IMG/VR virus record: IMGVR_UViG_2713896901_000009
Coordinates: 1-24,140 of that record
Source of the DNA: a virus
Lineage: Duplodnaviria; Heunggongvirae; Uroviricota; Caudoviricetes
Length of the DNA: 24,140 nucleotides
Strand: one strand, 5' to 3'
Shown: in pieces, positions 5,794 through 18,410 of the stretch
Position numbering within the stretch: position 1 is the first letter of the stretch
How the letters are laid out: each line of letters begins with the position of its first letter
The notes under the pieces: generated by a model
What the model was told of the DNA's origin: nothing
The model's database searches: none
The model's input: the letters and a program-made list of their open reading frames with translations, nothing else
Made by a program: the position numbers and the translations under genes

Positions 5794-7950
5794 TTATTGC
5801 ATTTTGGGTTGGTCGTCACTGGCTGTAGTCTCTTGCTGAGATAACCATGTGATAAACCCCGTGCGAGCAATAGTTTTTGCTTCATCTGTTGATAGGGTTT
5901 TCTCCCATCTCTTAAATGCATTAGATCGCATCAGCTTCCTTTCTATTACGCGTCTCACTTCTGCTCTGTCTACTGGTGCGTTTTGCAGGCGAAATAGCAT
6001 TGATTTAAACTCAGGAGAGGACAGTAGAGCATCAGCAGCCTTTATCCTGCTTGTTTTCCCTGACATCAATGCAGCCGATATTACCCCTGAAGCACCTGCT
6101 CCCAAAAGGCCAAATGAGCTTGTAATTCCTTCCGCCGCAATAGCTTTTGAGGCTATTCCATAAATTTTTGCGAGACTACCCTTTTCTTTCAGAAAGTTAT
6201 TAACTTGCTGATCCACAAGGCTACTAGCATACTGCTTACCAGTATTGAGTCTATTCATAGCCTTAGCTGCTTGATAAATCGTATCAAGGCGCTTTGATGC
6301 ATCTGTGCCAATAGCATCACGGAGAGCCTTCATATTGGCCCCATTGCGTGACATTCCGTTATACCATTTTACAAATCCATCAACTCCTAATTGCTGACCA
6401 GGTGATTTGGCATAGCTGGTAAATGCTTTATTCATTGAGGTGAGCGCAACTTCCTGCCGCATATCCTTTGGAATCGACTTCATTAATTGCCTAAAGTCGC
6501 CACCGTTTCCTTTTGCCATATTAACAACAGCACTTTCAACTTTTGGAATTGCTGATTGCTGAAGTTTTCTACCCAAGACGGTTACAGCATCATCTTCAAT
6601 TGATTTTCGTTTTTTTACCAACTCCTTACCAAGCGTCCATAATTCCCCTGCGCCATATTTTTCTGCGACAGCCTGTTGGTCATCTGTTATGGCTGCATAT
6701 AACTTTTTAAGAACACCTGTTTCTTCATCCTTGAATGGACCAGAGCCTTTGCCAATAGCTTGTCCAACCTGCTTTCTAGCGAGATCTAAACGCCCATACG
6801 TTGGCAAGGTGTTTGGATCAAGTCGGTTCAATGTCCGCTTCATTATTGGAGATAATTCATCAATTCCACCTATGTCATCAGCAAAATCCTCTAAAAAATT
6901 CAATGTATTAGTTGCCTCAATCCGGTCTCTTACAGGAACCTTTTCGGCAATTTTGTTGTAGATGTTATCTGACTGATTTTGTAATGATGAAATGGTTTTA
7001 TCAAAATTATCTGCAAGCCTGTCAGAAACCAGTTGCTTATCAAGGTTTCCCCCAAATGAAGTTATCATTTCATCAGCTTTTCTTCCTAATTCAGTAATAA
7101 AACGCTTATGCGCCTCACTAATCTCTGTTCCAGGGAGACTTGCCACTGCATTATCAAGAGCTCTGACAGCAGGATTATTAGAGATCATGCCTGGAGTGGC
7201 ATAATTTTCCAGTTCTAGCTCACGAATAGCATTTATCGCGTTAAAATCAGGATTAACTTCATCGGCGAAATCTTGAATAGCTCGTTGCCCACCAATAAAT
7301 TTATTATCCATTGCACCAGCAGCTTTCTTTAACGTTGCTTTAGATGATTTACTGCCCATCCCTACGGATGAGCGATAAATATCTCCGGCACTATTTTTAA
7401 TTTTTCCTGCAATCTTCCCAAGCGCTGGACCAACAATCTCGGCTACAGGGCCAGCCACAGCGCCAATAGCAGCGCCGGAAGCAACATCGCTATTTGTTCC
7501 ATTGGCTACAATAGCCCCTTCTCCAGCACCAAGCCCTGCGGCGGCAGCCAGCCTTGCCGCCCCTTTCGGAACCTGAGAAATAATCCCACCACCACTAACA
7601 AATGGCGCTGCTTGTCCAACGAACTCACCAACATCTTGTGCGGTTGATGGTTTTGCCGCTAACTTCTGCTGTAGAGACTGAATTGCGGCTTGCTCTTCTG
7701 GTGTCATATCCTGAAACAGGCCAACACCTTTACCAACATCCATCAATCCACTGAGAACGCCATACATAAAACGGTCGAAACCGTTAGCATTATTAACAAC
7801 ATTTTCCTGTCTGGAATTTTCCCCTGGTGAAACCAAAGGTGATTGCTGCTGTTCTGGTTGGGCATCAAGCACAAAACCATCAGGAAGCTGTGAGTTATCA
7901 GGCTGTTCATCCAGAACAAACCCCTCTGGTAAACCTACATTGGTTGCCAT
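5794..7950 (-). CDS. Ejection (internal virion) protein, P22 gp16 position
   Basis: 718 aa, Ala/Gly-rich. Last of the three ejection-protein genes in P22 order; overlaps the gp20 stop. Confidence 0.8.
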   Translation of the reverse strand: MATNVGLPEGFVLDEQPDNSQLPDGFVLDAQPEQQQSPLVSPGENSRQENVVNNANGFDRFMYGVLSGLMDVGKGVGLFQDMTPEEQAAIQSLQQKLAAKPSTAQDVGEFVGQAAPFVSGGGIISQVPKGAARLAAAAGLGAGEGAIVANGTNSDVASGAAIGAVAGPVAEIVGPALGKIAGKIKNSAGDIYRSSVGMGSKSSKATLKKAAGAMDNKFIGGQRAIQDFADEVNPDFNAINAIRELELENYATPGMISNNPAVRALDNAVASLPGTEISEAHKRFITELGRKADEMITSFGGNLDKQLVSDRLADNFDKTISSLQNQSDNIYNKIAEKVPVRDRIEATNTLNFLEDFADDIGGIDELSPIMKRTLNRLDPNTLPTYGRLDLARKQVGQAIGKGSGPFKDEETGVLKKLYAAITDDQQAVAEKYGAGELWTLGKELVKKRKSIEDDAVTVLGRKLQQSAIPKVESAVVNMAKGNGGDFRQLMKSIPKDMRQEVALTSMNKAFTSYAKSPGQQLGVDGFVKWYNGMSRNGANMKALRDAIGTDASKRLDTIYQAAKAMNRLNTGKQYASSLVDQQVNNFLKEKGSLAKIYGIASKAIAAEGITSSFGLLGAGASGVISAALMSGKTSRIKAADALLSSPEFKSMLFRLQNAPVDRAEVRRVIERKLMRSNAFKRWEKTLSTDEAKTIARTGFITWLSQQETTASDDQPKMQ

Positions 7951-9284
7951 TGTCCGTTCCTGTAAATAATTTTCTGACCAGTTTTAGGATTTTTCGCGGT
8001 CATACCTTCTCGAAATGTTTGACCGCCAGATGTTGCTTGTTGTGTCTGTTGTTGCGCAGGCTGCTGAATATCTTCATAAAGCTTGGCTTTTCTGGATTGC
8101 AATTGCTTAGTTAGTCCGCTGGGGAGAGAATCTCCATAAGTTGAAAGATAATCATCCATTTGCTGATTAAACTTTTCACCTTCAGTATTTGCCATCAGTT
8201 TTGCGGTGTTGATTAAGTCTTGGACTTGCTCATTATTCAACATCTTGCCGTTAGATAATTGGCTAACATAGTTACCAAGTGTGCCGAATATTCCATCAGT
8301 GCGTTTTACCTGTACTTGCTCACCTTCGCGCACCACAGATTGCGGATCCAGTGATTTCATATAGTTGAAAATCATTCCCAACTGCGCGGCTGGAGTGTTA
8401 CGCTTCCCGAGGGCTTGTAGGTTGTCAGCAGCACTGCGCATTGCAGAATAATTCTTTGAGAACCCATTAATATCACTATTCAGATCTCGAACAAGTTTTG
8501 GGTCAATCTTTCCGCTTTCCTGTTGTTTCATCCCTAATTCCTGCAACTTCAGGGCTACGTTATCATTATGCATTTGTGCCCGCTGAGCCCTGTCTAGTTG
8601 AGCGTTCTGGATATTTGCCCATCCTCTCGCATTCTCCATATCAGCCTGACGGATGCTTTCATCCAATCGCCCTTTCTCAAGTTGGCGACCAACCATCTTA
8701 TCCTGATAATCCAGCATTTTATCCGGGCCAACAGCCCCTAGCGTCATAGTAGTCAGCATGTGTGATAGCTGCTCTGGATTCTGAATACCTGTCTGAATCA
8801 TCCAGTCAGCATTAGCGCCAACGCGATTTAACCTGTCCTTGTTGTCAGTAATGAATTTACTGTAGGCTTCCGGTCCCTGAGAAAGAGCGACGTTAGCCCT
8901 CATGGCTAAATCGCCCATATCGTTGCGTTGCTGATCATTAAGACCGGAAAACGCCTGTTGTGCCTGTGCAACAAACGCTGGATTTTCCTGGGCAAACTTA
9001 AATAATCCCGATGGATCACCAGAAGCCCATGCATCAGCGTGAACCTTATTGAACGCACTAATCGCTTTCTGTTGCTGTTCCTGATTGTAAATATCAGCAA
9101 CTCCAGCCAGACCACGTAACGCGGTCAGACCAACGTTATTTGCACCTGAGCGAGCCAGTTCATTGTTTTCGCGGATCAGACCAAGCGTTGCGTTAATGTC
9201 GCTTGCCTTTGGCGCATTCTCATTTTGCGCACCAATTCCAGCCAGAAAACCACCAGAATTAATACCCTGTTGCCACGTAGCCAT
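7935..9284 (-). CDS. Ejection protein, P22 gp20-like
   Basis: 449 aa, Gln/Asn/Ala-rich. Synteny gp7-gp20-gp16. Confidence 0.8.
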   Translation of the reverse strand: MATWQQGINSGGFLAGIGAQNENAPKASDINATLGLIRENNELARSGANNVGLTALRGLAGVADIYNQEQQQKAISAFNKVHADAWASGDPSGLFKFAQENPAFVAQAQQAFSGLNDQQRNDMGDLAMRANVALSQGPEAYSKFITDNKDRLNRVGANADWMIQTGIQNPEQLSHMLTTMTLGAVGPDKMLDYQDKMVGRQLEKGRLDESIRQADMENARGWANIQNAQLDRAQRAQMHNDNVALKLQELGMKQQESGKIDPKLVRDLNSDINGFSKNYSAMRSAADNLQALGKRNTPAAQLGMIFNYMKSLDPQSVVREGEQVQVKRTDGIFGTLGNYVSQLSNGKMLNNEQVQDLINTAKLMANTEGEKFNQQMDDYLSTYGDSLPSGLTKQLQSRKAKLYEDIQQPAQQQTQQATSGGQTFREGMTAKNPKTGQKIIYRNGQWQPM

Positions 9285-9294
9285 TGATTACCCC

Positions 9295-9984
9295 TTAAAA
9301 CAACGAGCCAAGCAGACCAAGACCAGCACCGATACCAGCACCCCACGGAGTTGATAGCTCGAGAGCACTGGCTATGCCACCACCCAAAAGCGCACCGGAT
9401 GCAGCACCACTAACACCCTGCTGCAATGCTGACGGTCGGTTGGCGTTTGCCGCCGCCAGCGCCGCGCTTTGCTGTGAAATCTGACTCATGTTGTTGGCAT
9501 ATGTTTGCCCGGCGTTTGCCTGCCCCTGAAGAGCGCCAAGACCAATATTTGCCAGATTCTGGTAGTTGTTCATCTGACCAGATAGCCATTGCTGACCAAG
9601 CGTTGGTGCGATTGTTGCTAACTGATTACTGGTTGCGGTGGAACCCAATCCACCTGTTGCTTCCGCTGCCGCCAGACTCTGATAACGAGCCTGACCAGCA
9701 AGATCTTTGTACTGCTGAGAGTTGTAATACTGGTTAAGTGCCTGACCTTGCCCTTCCAGAGACGATAAGTTCTCGAGGCTGCCGACATACTTCTCAGCCA
9801 GAGGAGTAAACGGCTTCAGGTTGTTCATGATGGTGTTGAACTGCTGATTTTGCAGGTCTGCGGCATACTTCTGAGCTTCTGCTGCATACTTTGCGCTTTT
9901 ATCGGCTCCACCTTTCCCGCCTTTTTCAGGGCAATAAGGTTCCTCGCTGCGCAGTTTTCTGCCCAGCTTAAATGCATATAACAT
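9295..9984 (-). CDS. Ejection protein, P22 gp7-like
   Basis: 229 aa; Gly/Ala-rich hydrophobic C-terminus (GGIASALELSTPWGAGIGAGLGLLGSLF). Same size as P22 gp7. Confidence 0.8.
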   Translation of the reverse strand: MLYAFKLGRKLRSEEPYCPEKGGKGGADKSAKYAAEAQKYAADLQNQQFNTIMNNLKPFTPLAEKYVGSLENLSSLEGQGQALNQYYNSQQYKDLAGQARYQSLAAAEATGGLGSTATSNQLATIAPTLGQQWLSGQMNNYQNLANIGLGALQGQANAGQTYANNMSQISQQSAALAAANANRPSALQQGVSGAASGALLGGGIASALELSTPWGAGIGAGLGLLGSLF

Positions 9985-9986
9985 GG

Positions 9987-10445
9987 CTATCTCCCGTGAT
10001 TCAGGAAGTCGATTAGTTCTTCGCGTGTAGCGCTGTAAAACGTCACGTCATCCACGCCTTTGAAGTATTTCTTGATAGTTCCCACACGCTTAAGGCCAAT
10101 CATTGCGCAGTACATCTGCCCGTGGCGGAATTTGCGTGCAGCGAACGATGTGACGCACTGAACGGTGGTGTTAGTCAGAATGTATCGCCAGAACGCCAGC
10201 CCGATTTCCTTGCTGAATCCACGAACCTCTGGCAGGTACATGGCGTGGCAATCGAATGTCAGCGGCTGAATCTCCTGATAGTAAACAATGCCGCCGAACT
10301 GCCCGTGCACGTTCACCTCAAAGTAACGGCAATCAGGTTTGTAGTCGTATCCATCACCGTTGTTGCTCCCGGCAATAATGTCAGGGTGATTTCCGACTGC
10401 TTCGATCAGGTCGATGTTTCGCGTTGGTTTGAACTGAATCATCAC
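9987..10445 (-). CDS. Virion assembly/ejection-associated protein, P22 gene 14 position
   Basis: 152 aa between tail needle and gp7. Start overlaps the needle stop (ATGA). Assigned by synteny only. Confidence 0.6.
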   Translation of the reverse strand: MMIQFKPTRNIDLIEAVGNHPDIIAGSNNGDGYDYKPDCRYFEVNVHGQFGGIVYYQEIQPLTFDCHAMYLPEVRGFSKEIGLAFWRYILTNTTVQCVTSFAARKFRHGQMYCAMIGLKRVGTIKKYFKGVDDVTFYSATREELIDFLNHGR

Positions 10446-11290
10446 TGCTCCGCGATTATCTTGATGGTTGTGGCAGTAAACGCCGCACCATTTGACTGGA
10501 TGGTTAACGTACTGCCATTTGTGGCAAGAAAGCCGTCTTTATCCACGCTGAAAAACGTAGCTAACAGGATGTTATCGGTCGTTGTCGCCGCATTACGACT
10601 GCTGACCAGTGTGTCAGGAACAGAGCCGGAAAAGGTTAGCTGCATTGACCTGTTTGCGGTTCCGCTGGGCCACGTCCCAACAATCGACAGCTTGAAGAAC
10701 ATGGTTTTGTTCTCGTTGAACACAACCATCTTGTTGTTAACGGTGTCGAAGAATGGTGCCAACGTGCCGGATGACGGCGTTAGCGTTTTCAGCAGGCTAA
10801 CAAGATTGGTCGGCGCTGTCGGGATGGTTACAGATACGCCAGAGTAAACAACCTCTGACTTCTTGCGAGTAGTGGCATACTCCAGAGCATCGATGCGCGT
10901 TTCATGGTCTGAAACCTGCGACTCCAGCAACTGAACTCTTGTGTCAAGCGACGAAATATCGCTTTCATTCTGAGCTATTCGTGTTTCATGGTCCTGAAGA
11001 GTTGATTCTGCCTGGCTGATTCGCTCCTCATGATTAACAAGCGTTGCTTCCGCAGCAGAAATTCGCTGCTCATGGTCAGCGAGAATCACATCCTGCTCAT
11101 CGTTCCTGACTTGTGCGTCATAAGCGCCCTGTCCGGCCTCGTTGGCCTTGTTCGCCACGTTACCAACATCAGTACCCTGTGCGATAACGTACAGCAGATA
11201 TGACTGCGAGAAGATATTGCGTGGAAGGACTGATGTGTCGAGCCGTGTAGCCTGAATGATTACCGGCACATTGAGATTCGAATCCGCCAT
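10442..11290 (-). CDS. Tail needle (gp26-like) with C-terminal knob domain
   Basis: 282 aa. N-terminus [43 protein letters not shown] matches the P22 gp26 plug domain. Central heptad repeats ([36 protein letters not shown]). About 120 extra C-terminal residues as in knob-bearing needles (Sf6 type). Confidence 0.85.
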   Translation of the reverse strand: MADSNLNVPVIIQATRLDTSVLPRNIFSQSYLLYVIAQGTDVGNVANKANEAGQGAYDAQVRNDEQDVILADHEQRISAAEATLVNHEERISQAESTLQDHETRIAQNESDISSLDTRVQLLESQVSDHETRIDALEYATTRKKSEVVYSGVSVTIPTAPTNLVSLLKTLTPSSGTLAPFFDTVNNKMVVFNENKTMFFKLSIVGTWPSGTANRSMQLTFSGSVPDTLVSSRNAATTTDNILLATFFSVDKDGFLATNGSTLTIQSNGAAFTATTIKIIAEQ

Positions 11291-12708
11291 TACTCAATCC
11301 TTATCTGAGCGCCAGACAGAGTGACAGGTGACTTCGTGATAACGCGTAATTTGAAGCCGACATTTTTCCTGATGCGCCCGACTCGCTTCCACAAAACGCG
11401 TTTGTCGTAAACGAACGGTTCATTCTGCTCAATCATCTGCTCACGCCCGTAATTGATGCCGTCAGTGGTTGCAGAGAGAAAAAGGCGGTCAGCATACTGC
11501 GCAACGCCAGTTGAAGATTCAACTTCAAGGTCGAAAACCCTGGCGTTATCCGCTTTGAACAACGGAGTAAACAACAGGTGTTCCTGTTGCTTGTCGTACT
11601 GGCTGCTGATATCGAACTGCAATTTGCCGATAACCGATTCCAGCTTATCTCCGCACGTTATCTGATTGCCTTCGTAAATGAAGTCGATAGCGCGGTACAC
11701 ATCGTCATACAGGCCTGTTTTCAGCACACACCATTGCGGACCATTGGCGCTTGAAGATGCGTCGTACACGAGAACATGGCGCGGAAGGTGGATAATCAGC
11801 AACTCATGCGCATCAAAGCGCAACGATTCCATCACGCCATCAGCCAGTTCATCAGCAGTGTAGGAGCGGAGAATTTTCTCAATGCTCGCGCTGGCGATTG
11901 GTGATACCTGACCGGAGCCGATGATGTATACAGACGGAGCACCTGTTGCCGGATTGCTGATGAACGCATAGGAATCAGCAAACGGCGTTTTGCAGTAAGT
12001 CCCGGCAATACCTTTCTGCACCATCAGTGATGGCTGTGCGACATACAAAGCGGCACCAACGGTGGTTGCACCTGTCAGGGAGAAATATTCAATCGTCGAT
12101 GAACCAAAGCAGACGATGAAGTCTCGCCATGTTCCGATGCCGATGATGCCGTCAGGCTGCGATTCTGCGCGATATTGTGCGCTGTATCGGTCAGGGTGCG
12201 ATTCGTCTTCAAGGTCAGTGATAAACCATGAATCCGTGCCGTCTTTTGACCACGCATAACGCCCACGTAAGCGTGTAATGTCGCGGACTGAACCTAACTC
12301 ATACTGAGTGAATCCGCTGTCTGTAGGCCAGTTTGAGACGGTTTTAACCGTGCCATCATAACGATACTCGACCAGTTGACCATTAACGCCTACCGCCTGT
12401 GATGTCCGACCATGCGCCATTGATACGCGACCACTTCCAGCGACGTCACCGACTTCGCTCTCGCCTTTGTAGAGCTTCCCACCACACACGCGATAAACAG
12501 CACTCTGCGCCATGTTGTACTCGACACCGCGCGATACACCATTCACATCAGAACGTTTGGCAATGCCAGGGAATGAACGAAGATATCCGCTGCTGTTAAG
12601 GATTTCTTTGGGTGTAGCCAACATATTCACTGGCAGATAGTCGATATAGTCGGCGTTTCGAAAGTCTTTGCCGACACCTTTCATAAGCGGAAGTTGCTGA
12701 ATCGGCAT
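11290..12708 (-). CDS. Tail hub / head completion protein, P22 gp10-like
   Basis: 472 aa, same length and position as P22 gp10. Stop overlaps the needle start by 1 nt. Confidence 0.8.
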   Translation of the reverse strand: MPIQQLPLMKGVGKDFRNADYIDYLPVNMLATPKEILNSSGYLRSFPGIAKRSDVNGVSRGVEYNMAQSAVYRVCGGKLYKGESEVGDVAGSGRVSMAHGRTSQAVGVNGQLVEYRYDGTVKTVSNWPTDSGFTQYELGSVRDITRLRGRYAWSKDGTDSWFITDLEDESHPDRYSAQYRAESQPDGIIGIGTWRDFIVCFGSSTIEYFSLTGATTVGAALYVAQPSLMVQKGIAGTYCKTPFADSYAFISNPATGAPSVYIIGSGQVSPIASASIEKILRSYTADELADGVMESLRFDAHELLIIHLPRHVLVYDASSSANGPQWCVLKTGLYDDVYRAIDFIYEGNQITCGDKLESVIGKLQFDISSQYDKQQEHLLFTPLFKADNARVFDLEVESSTGVAQYADRLFLSATTDGINYGREQMIEQNEPFVYDKRVLWKRVGRIRKNVGFKLRVITKSPVTLSGAQIRIE

Positions 12709-13209
12709 TTATTCGCTCCCGTTATCGCAAGGTTCCTTCCGGTGGAAGTAATTCCAACCGTTCCACTTCGCCAACTGATTACCGCTACCAACAGGCATAC
12801 GGTTTGGATAACCGGACTTACATTTGGCGGCTTTTGCTCTGTCCATTGCAGACAGTTTGACGAGTCGCTCTTTCCCGTATCTGGCAGTAGTTATAAGTTT
12901 TGCAGGTGCTTCCAGCGCATAATCCGGAGCAATGCGGCAGGCAAGGTTGAAAATGACAGCATTGATAGCGTTATTTGATAAACCGTGCTCATCGCCCGGA
13001 TCTGGAGCGACATCTGCTTCAGCGAAAATGTAGCCAACGTTGATACCAGGTGACGCATCACCGCCAAGCCATTCAGCCATCATCATTTCAAGGTCGTTGA
13101 CGCCGTCTTCCATAGACTGCGGTTCGACATCGGTTAACGTGGCATTTGATGCAACACCGAGCTTACGTAATGCTGCAAGGACTAAATCACCCTTCGTTGT
13201 CAGGTTCAT
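12709..13209 (-). CDS. Tail accessory protein, P22 gp4-like
   Basis: Preferred start is ATG at 13209 (AAGG 9 nt upstream), giving 166 aa beginning [21 protein letters not shown]. The ORF-track start at 13278 has an SD directly abutting the ATG. Confidence 0.75.
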   Translation of the reverse strand: MNLTTKGDLVLAALRKLGVASNATLTDVEPQSMEDGVNDLEMMMAEWLGGDASPGINVGYIFAEADVAPDPGDEHGLSNNAINAVIFNLACRIAPDYALEAPAKLITTARYGKERLVKLSAMDRAKAAKCKSGYPNRMPVGSGNQLAKWNGWNYFHRKEPCDNGSE

Positions 13210-13417
13210 CTGCTGCCGCCTTAGGTTTTCGACCAGGCTTTTTACGCTGTTTTTCTTCTGGCTCTGGCTCTGCAACATCCTTCAAAAGCTCATCAGGATG
13301 TGAAAACCAACCAGCATCCAGATATTCCTGAAGCTCTTCGGCTTTCACGATTTCAAAGTCGTATCCAACGCCTTTCCACTTCTTCATGTCGCCATGACGA
13401 AAGATCATGTGTGTCAT
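13187..13417 (-). CDS. Small acidic/basic-tailed protein between coat and gp4
   Basis: Preferred start is ATG at 13417 with GGAG 6 nt upstream (76 aa). C-terminus [26 protein letters not shown] is highly charged. Overlaps the gp4 start. Confidence 0.5.
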   Translation of the reverse strand: MTHMIFRHGDMKKWKGVGYDFEIVKAEELQEYLDAGWFSHPDELLKDVAEPEPEEKQRKKPGRKPKAAADEPDNEG

Positions 13418-13461
13418 GCTTGTCTCCAGATAAAAAAGGGAGCCGAAGCTCCCTCTGGTTA

Positions 13462-14757
13462 TCACGCAGTCTGGTTAGGCAGACCAACACCAATTGCCTC
13501 TGGTCGTACAGCACATGCTGAATACCACACAGCAATACGGCACTTACCAGACAGAGTGTTGATATCACCCTGCGTTGCGAAGATGCCGTTAACACCAATG
13601 CCTGGAATGCTGAAGGAAGACGTTTTCATGCCAGCAAACAGTTCATGGGTTACCGGGATCGGCTGAGACAGCAGACGGATTGAGTCATCAGCCCAGAACA
13701 CGTTAGCGGTGGTTGTTGCCACGTTCAGAACGTTTACCGGAGTGGAATCAGCAAGAGAGGTGTTTACGTTAGCGTAAGCCTTCTCTTCTTTTGTCAGTGA
13801 AGAGTCATCAAGCGCAATCGGCTTCGGCGTGATTTCGATGTGAGTACCATCGATCACACGGGTGATTGAGAAAGTCGCGTCATCAGTCAGCACGTTCTTC
13901 GCCATCTGAGACAGGAATTTCACGCCAGTGAAGCTGATTTTGTCGCCGCGCTTAAATCCGGTGGTGGAGGATACGGTCACCGTTGCAACACGGTTGTCGA
14001 CGTTCTCTTTGTTACCATCGGTATCAAGAGTGTATGCCTGCGGCTTAAACTTCTGCGCACCAGAAACAGTTACACCAGTAGCGGTTGACTTGGTAACTGC
14101 CGGAAGTTTCGGTGAGCGAAGAATTTCATCAAAGCCAGCAATCTGACGCTGAATAGTACCGTTGCGATACGCTTCTTCAGGAACGCGCCCGAAGATGTCA
14201 CCATCTACCAGGTTGCGGCCTGCTTTGCGGTAATCGTCAGGGTTCAGGAAGTAACTGATGCCCATATCGCGGTTTAGCTCACGGGAGAACATCAGGCGCT
14301 CTGCATCAGACACAAAATCCCAGCCAGACAGGCCAGTAGATGGACCAATTGCTCGGGTATCGTGAACAACAAGTGAGCCCATTTCAGTTGCCTGTTTGGC
14401 AATTGCTGACTCAATGTTATTCGCCAGTTTTTTAGCGGATGCCTGGATGCGGCGACGGTAAGAACGCTCATCACGCAGGTCATCTGCACGAAGCTCGAAG
14501 AAATCGTTATCCGGATCGCCCATGTTGCATTTCACGGACAGTTCCAGAATACCGGTAGCGTTGCCAGTTAAATCCCAGCCAGTCTGAGTTGGCGCTTCCT
14601 GCTCAACAGGCATCCACACGGTGTTGCTTGAACGTTGCATGGATTCTGCCGGAGGGGTGTATTTTGTCACTTTAGACGCCATTGGCGTCAGGTTCTGGAC
14701 GGTTTCGATGATTTCATCCAGAGCATACGTGACCAGTTGACCTTCATTTAATGCCAT
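13462..14757 (-). CDS. Major coat protein, P22 gp5-like
   Basis: 431 aa; N-terminus [19 protein letters not shown] and overall sequence closely match P22 coat as recalled. Stop/start overlap with scaffold gene. Confidence 0.9.
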   Translation of the reverse strand: MALNEGQLVTYALDEIIETVQNLTPMASKVTKYTPPAESMQRSSNTVWMPVEQEAPTQTGWDLTGNATGILELSVKCNMGDPDNDFFELRADDLRDERSYRRRIQASAKKLANNIESAIAKQATEMGSLVVHDTRAIGPSTGLSGWDFVSDAERLMFSRELNRDMGISYFLNPDDYRKAGRNLVDGDIFGRVPEEAYRNGTIQRQIAGFDEILRSPKLPAVTKSTATGVTVSGAQKFKPQAYTLDTDGNKENVDNRVATVTVSSTTGFKRGDKISFTGVKFLSQMAKNVLTDDATFSITRVIDGTHIEITPKPIALDDSSLTKEEKAYANVNTSLADSTPVNVLNVATTTANVFWADDSIRLLSQPIPVTHELFAGMKTSSFSIPGIGVNGIFATQGDINTLSGKCRIAVWYSACAVRPEAIGVGLPNQTA

Positions 14758-15668
14758 TATCGAATTCCTTTATTCAGTTGCGCCTTGAGCTTGCGGTATG
14801 TCTCTACATCCCCTTTGTTTGCTGCCGCTTCCATCTGCTTTTCAATCGCAGAGATATTTGCAGCAACAGCGTGTCCCTGAATGGGTTCATCAGGTAACGG
14901 GGCTTCTGAAACAGGCTTGGCTCGAGGCTTGAGAGTTAAACGTTCTGACAGTCGAGTGAGTTCAATCAGCGCGGATTGCCCGTCCATCGCCAGCAACTGG
15001 CGTGTTTTCTCAGGATTAGCACCAAGGTGATACATGAGAGCAGCGGATTTCTCCGGGAAGAGGCGCATGATGTCGGCACCGACTGCTGGCGACACCAGTT
15101 GCATGAATGCATCCTCTTTCTCCTGATAGTCAGGGATATTGAGCTTTTCCGCTGCGTCGTAGTGCTTACGGGCTGCCTCGACGTATTGCGCTGATTGCTG
15201 GGTGAACTCCTGAGTTTTGCGACCCTGCTCGGCGACAGCCTGGCTTCGTGCGTCCATGGCCTTGATCTGCCATTCACTGTTTGCCTGCTGGAAGGCAGCC
15301 AGTGCGCGGCTCTGGTCATAGTCGTACTTAGCCAGTGCATCTTCGGAAAGATAATCGTTAGGGTCTGGTTGTTTTGGTAACTCAGGGTTCACCCGCAGGT
15401 GCTCCGGCAACTCTCCACGCTTAACCGCTTCCATCTGCTGCTCAAGCTCACGCTGGCGTTTGCGTTCGATGCGGCGACGGGCAAATTCAGCATTAGTTGC
15501 CGGGTCTTGTTTTGGTTTCTCATCGTCTTTCAGGACAATCTCGAAGCCTTCTTCCTGACCTGTGTTGTCGTTGGCATTATCGACAACTAAGCCATCAGCA
15601 GATGCCGCTGCATGATTGCCGGGCAGGGTTAATTCTTCAGAAGCCTGAATGTCGGTGGTTTGGTCCAT
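14757..15668 (-). CDS. Scaffolding protein, P22 gp8-like
   Basis: 303 aa, acidic and helical, with helix-turn-helix-like C-terminus. Same length as P22 gp8. Confidence 0.9.
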   Translation of the reverse strand: MDQTTDIQASEELTLPGNHAAASADGLVVDNANDNTGQEEGFEIVLKDDEKPKQDPATNAEFARRRIERKRQRELEQQMEAVKRGELPEHLRVNPELPKQPDPNDYLSEDALAKYDYDQSRALAAFQQANSEWQIKAMDARSQAVAEQGRKTQEFTQQSAQYVEAARKHYDAAEKLNIPDYQEKEDAFMQLVSPAVGADIMRLFPEKSAALMYHLGANPEKTRQLLAMDGQSALIELTRLSERLTLKPRAKPVSEAPLPDEPIQGHAVAANISAIEKQMEAAANKGDVETYRKLKAQLNKGIR

Positions 15669-15681
15669 GATTAACTCTCTC

Positions 15682-17850
15682 TTATTGAGGTGTCTCGGCT
15701 ACTCCGCCGGAGGGGATTTGAACTTGACGCATAAGATTCGCGAAATCCATGCGTTGTGAATGAGTCTGGTCTGCATCTTTAAGAAGCAGCTCAGCGTTAG
15801 CACGAGCATCTTTGCTGCGCTGTTGCTGGAATTGACCTACGAGCTTGAGGTACTCACGCAGTTCTGCCTGCTTGTCGAGGTCCATATTGTTGAAGATTTC
15901 TGCAATCTTCGCGGCGTTGAGTTGGTTTTGGGCTTCAACCTTGGCGGCTTCAACCTGAATCTGCGCCTGTTGGTTCTCTGCCTTGAGCAATTCAGCCTGA
16001 CCTTGCAGAAGGATACCCTGCGCCTGAATTTGCTCTGCTGATGGCTGCTGCGGCTGTTGTTGTGCCTGCTGCACCATCTCCATCTCTTCAGGTGTTTCTG
16101 GTTTCTTCAGCCCCATCATCACCAGTTGCTTGTTCGCGTACTCTCGCATCATCTCGACGCCTTTACCGTCAAGCAGCGTGAAGTATTGCAGCATCAGCAT
16201 CTGGAACTCTGGAGTACCTTGCGGAACCTTGGTGAGCAACTCCTGAATCTCTGCGCGGTTCTGTTCCTTCATACTCTGGAAGGATGGTCCGACGTCTGTA
16301 TAGCACTCATAGCGACCGCGAATGTCGTTGAGTGTGACCACATTGCCGGACTGGTAATCGACAACTTGCGCATAGAGTTGAACGTCTTTCTCGCTTCCAT
16401 CTTCAAGTGTCAGCGTTACATGACGAGGAACGTCATAAATATCGTTGACCATTGAGGCATAAATCTCGCCATCACGTCGCATTGCGGTAGCCAGGTTATC
16501 CTGAAACACGTATGTCTCAAGGTCTGCCCGCATGTTCAGTTGATTGACGGTATCGAAAGCGACCTGAGAGTTTGCTGCCTGCGCATCCACACCAAGACTA
16601 GCCACCTCTTTCACTGCGTTGGTGGCAGCCTCAAGCATGTAAGCGTTGGCTTGCGGCACTTCAGGGTTTTCCATGTAGGAGATTGGACCAATCGGCAGGT
16701 CGTTACCGTTTTCATCGGTCTTGTTCTGCAGATAGTACGGATAGTCATCATTTCCACCGTACATGTATTCGTAGCCTTCGATTTGCTCAGGGAAGAAGGT
16801 CGGTTTCTTCTTCGGTGAACGAGCAACAATATCGGCGTTGAATGACATGATCATGTTACGAAGGCGCTGACCGTCTTTCGTCAGCCTTACCACTCCTTCG
16901 TAGCACTCCTTGTCACCAGCGAATGACCATTCGCCATACACTGGAACGATTGGAATATGCTCTCCGGCTATCTTCTCGCGGTCTTTCAGTATCTGCGTGC
17001 AGGTGATGATCGACTTATACACACGCCGACGCTTCACCTTGCGCTCTGCTACCTTAATGAATCCACGATTAGCCAGGTCGTCGATAACGTCTTTAATATC
17101 CTGCTGGTAATAGCTGACCGGCTCACCTGTCAGCGGGTCGCGGTAGATGAAAACTTTCTCTTTCTTCTCTTCTACCTCGTAATACTCAGCGACGTAGACG
17201 ACATCATTCGATACCCACGGAAACAGCCATGTATCGTTTGGATTCTGGAAAGATGGCAGCGTGTCAGGATCAATACCGTAATCCTCTGCGAACTCTTTCC
17301 AGCCATTGCGTGACAAGGCGTTAATCACCGTGCAGTGCTTAGCGTCGCTCTTATCCATCTGCTTGCTGTTGGCGTCCCATATGACGTGTGAGCAGGCCTC
17401 ATGGATTGGCAGGCGTCTGATTACCTGATTGTTGCTTGTTGGGTCGTTGTCTTCGTACTGTGTGACCAGACGCCATGCACCAACGCCGGACTCTATCTGC
17501 TCACGAACGCCAACGTTAACGGCAATCTTTGCCGTGTTATGGCGCATATCAGTACGATACATCCCCATCAACACATCGGCTGCATCAGGATTAGCGCCGT
17601 CTTTTGGTCGGAAGAGAACGTCGATAGGGTTCCGGCGCATCTCTGCGACCAGTTTCCTGACCACCGGGCGAACAACATCGAATTGTCCGCGATATTGCAG
17701 GGTAGTGTAGTTTGATAGCCAGTCATCCCATTGGCTTATGCGACTGAAGTATAAATCGTTAGAAGCTTCTGTTCTCGCCTCGTCGGAAGACATCCAATCA
17801 ACATCGAATGCTTGCAGTATCTTATTTAATCGCTCTGCGTTGTCAGTCAT
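15682..17850 (-). CDS. Portal protein, P22 gp1-like
   Basis: 722 aa. Segments such as [29 protein letters not shown] and the Gln-rich C-terminal barrel region match P22 portal as recalled. Confidence 0.9.
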   Translation of the reverse strand: MTDNAERLNKILQAFDVDWMSSDEARTEASNDLYFSRISQWDDWLSNYTTLQYRGQFDVVRPVVRKLVAEMRRNPIDVLFRPKDGANPDAADVLMGMYRTDMRHNTAKIAVNVGVREQIESGVGAWRLVTQYEDNDPTSNNQVIRRLPIHEACSHVIWDANSKQMDKSDAKHCTVINALSRNGWKEFAEDYGIDPDTLPSFQNPNDTWLFPWVSNDVVYVAEYYEVEEKKEKVFIYRDPLTGEPVSYYQQDIKDVIDDLANRGFIKVAERKVKRRRVYKSIITCTQILKDREKIAGEHIPIVPVYGEWSFAGDKECYEGVVRLTKDGQRLRNMIMSFNADIVARSPKKKPTFFPEQIEGYEYMYGGNDDYPYYLQNKTDENGNDLPIGPISYMENPEVPQANAYMLEAATNAVKEVASLGVDAQAANSQVAFDTVNQLNMRADLETYVFQDNLATAMRRDGEIYASMVNDIYDVPRHVTLTLEDGSEKDVQLYAQVVDYQSGNVVTLNDIRGRYECYTDVGPSFQSMKEQNRAEIQELLTKVPQGTPEFQMLMLQYFTLLDGKGVEMMREYANKQLVMMGLKKPETPEEMEMVQQAQQQPQQPSAEQIQAQGILLQGQAELLKAENQQAQIQVEAAKVEAQNQLNAAKIAEIFNNMDLDKQAELREYLKLVGQFQQQRSKDARANAELLLKDADQTHSQRMDFANLMRQVQIPSGGVAETPQ

Positions 17851-17900
17851 AACTTTACCGTGATAAAATCAATGGGACAACTTCAACAGGAGATTCTATT

Positions 17901-18401
17901 GTGAGCCATCCATCTATAGAAGATATAAGGAAAAATTTCACATACGATGCTGAAACCGGAATTTTGTACGCGGCTAATCGCACAAGGAGGACAGACCTTA
18001 ACGGCAAGCCCGTTGGGTGCCAGCATGGAAACGGATACCTTGATGTAAGGCTTGGTAAAAAACTGTACTACGTGCACAGAATTTGTTTTGCGCACTACTA
18101 TGGTTACTGGCCCGAAGCAGTAGATCACATAAACGGAAACCGTGCTGATAACCGCATCTGTAATCTTAGAGATGCCAATAAGCAGTTGAACGGACTAAAC
18201 CGTGGCATGGATTGCGACAATTCAACTGGATACAAAGGAGTTTCCTATCGCAAGGACACAAATAACTACATGTGGCAATTTGTGGTAGAAGGCAAGAAAT
18301 ACACAAAAAGCGGATTCGCTACAGCATTAGATGCATACAAGCATAAGGTAGCATTTATTAACGCTCTGAATTCCGCTGCCTCTGAATTTCTCAAGCCGTA
18401 A
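17901..18401 (+). CDS. HNH homing-type endonuclease with AP2-like DNA-binding region
   Basis: 166 aa. GTG start with AGGAGA 7 nt upstream. Motif YYVHRICFAHYYGYWPEAVDHINGNRADNRICNLRDA is an HNH signature. On the opposite strand to all flanking structural genes, filling the terminase-portal junction with 9 nt and 50 nt gaps. Confidence 0.8.
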   Translation: MSHPSIEDIRKNFTYDAETGILYAANRTRRTDLNGKPVGCQHGNGYLDVRLGKKLYYVHRICFAHYYGYWPEAVDHINGNRADNRICNLRDANKQLNGLNRGMDCDNSTGYKGVSYRKDTNNYMWQFVVEGKKYTKSGFATALDAYKHKVAFINALNSAASEFLKP

Positions 18402-18410
18402 CAACAGTAT

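Noticed and set aside
10122-10847. 241-aa plus-strand ORF, and similar plus-strand ORFs at 16057-16455, 16957-17313, 17401-17715, 18924-19241 and 19410-19715
   Set aside because: All are antisense to well-supported structural or terminase genes, lack SDs, and have the skewed composition typical of antisense frames.
13210-13278. Longer gp4 starting at 13278
   Set aside because: Its SD-like AAGG directly abuts the ATG. The internal ATG at 13209 gives a 166-aa product starting at the conserved [10 protein letters not shown] region.
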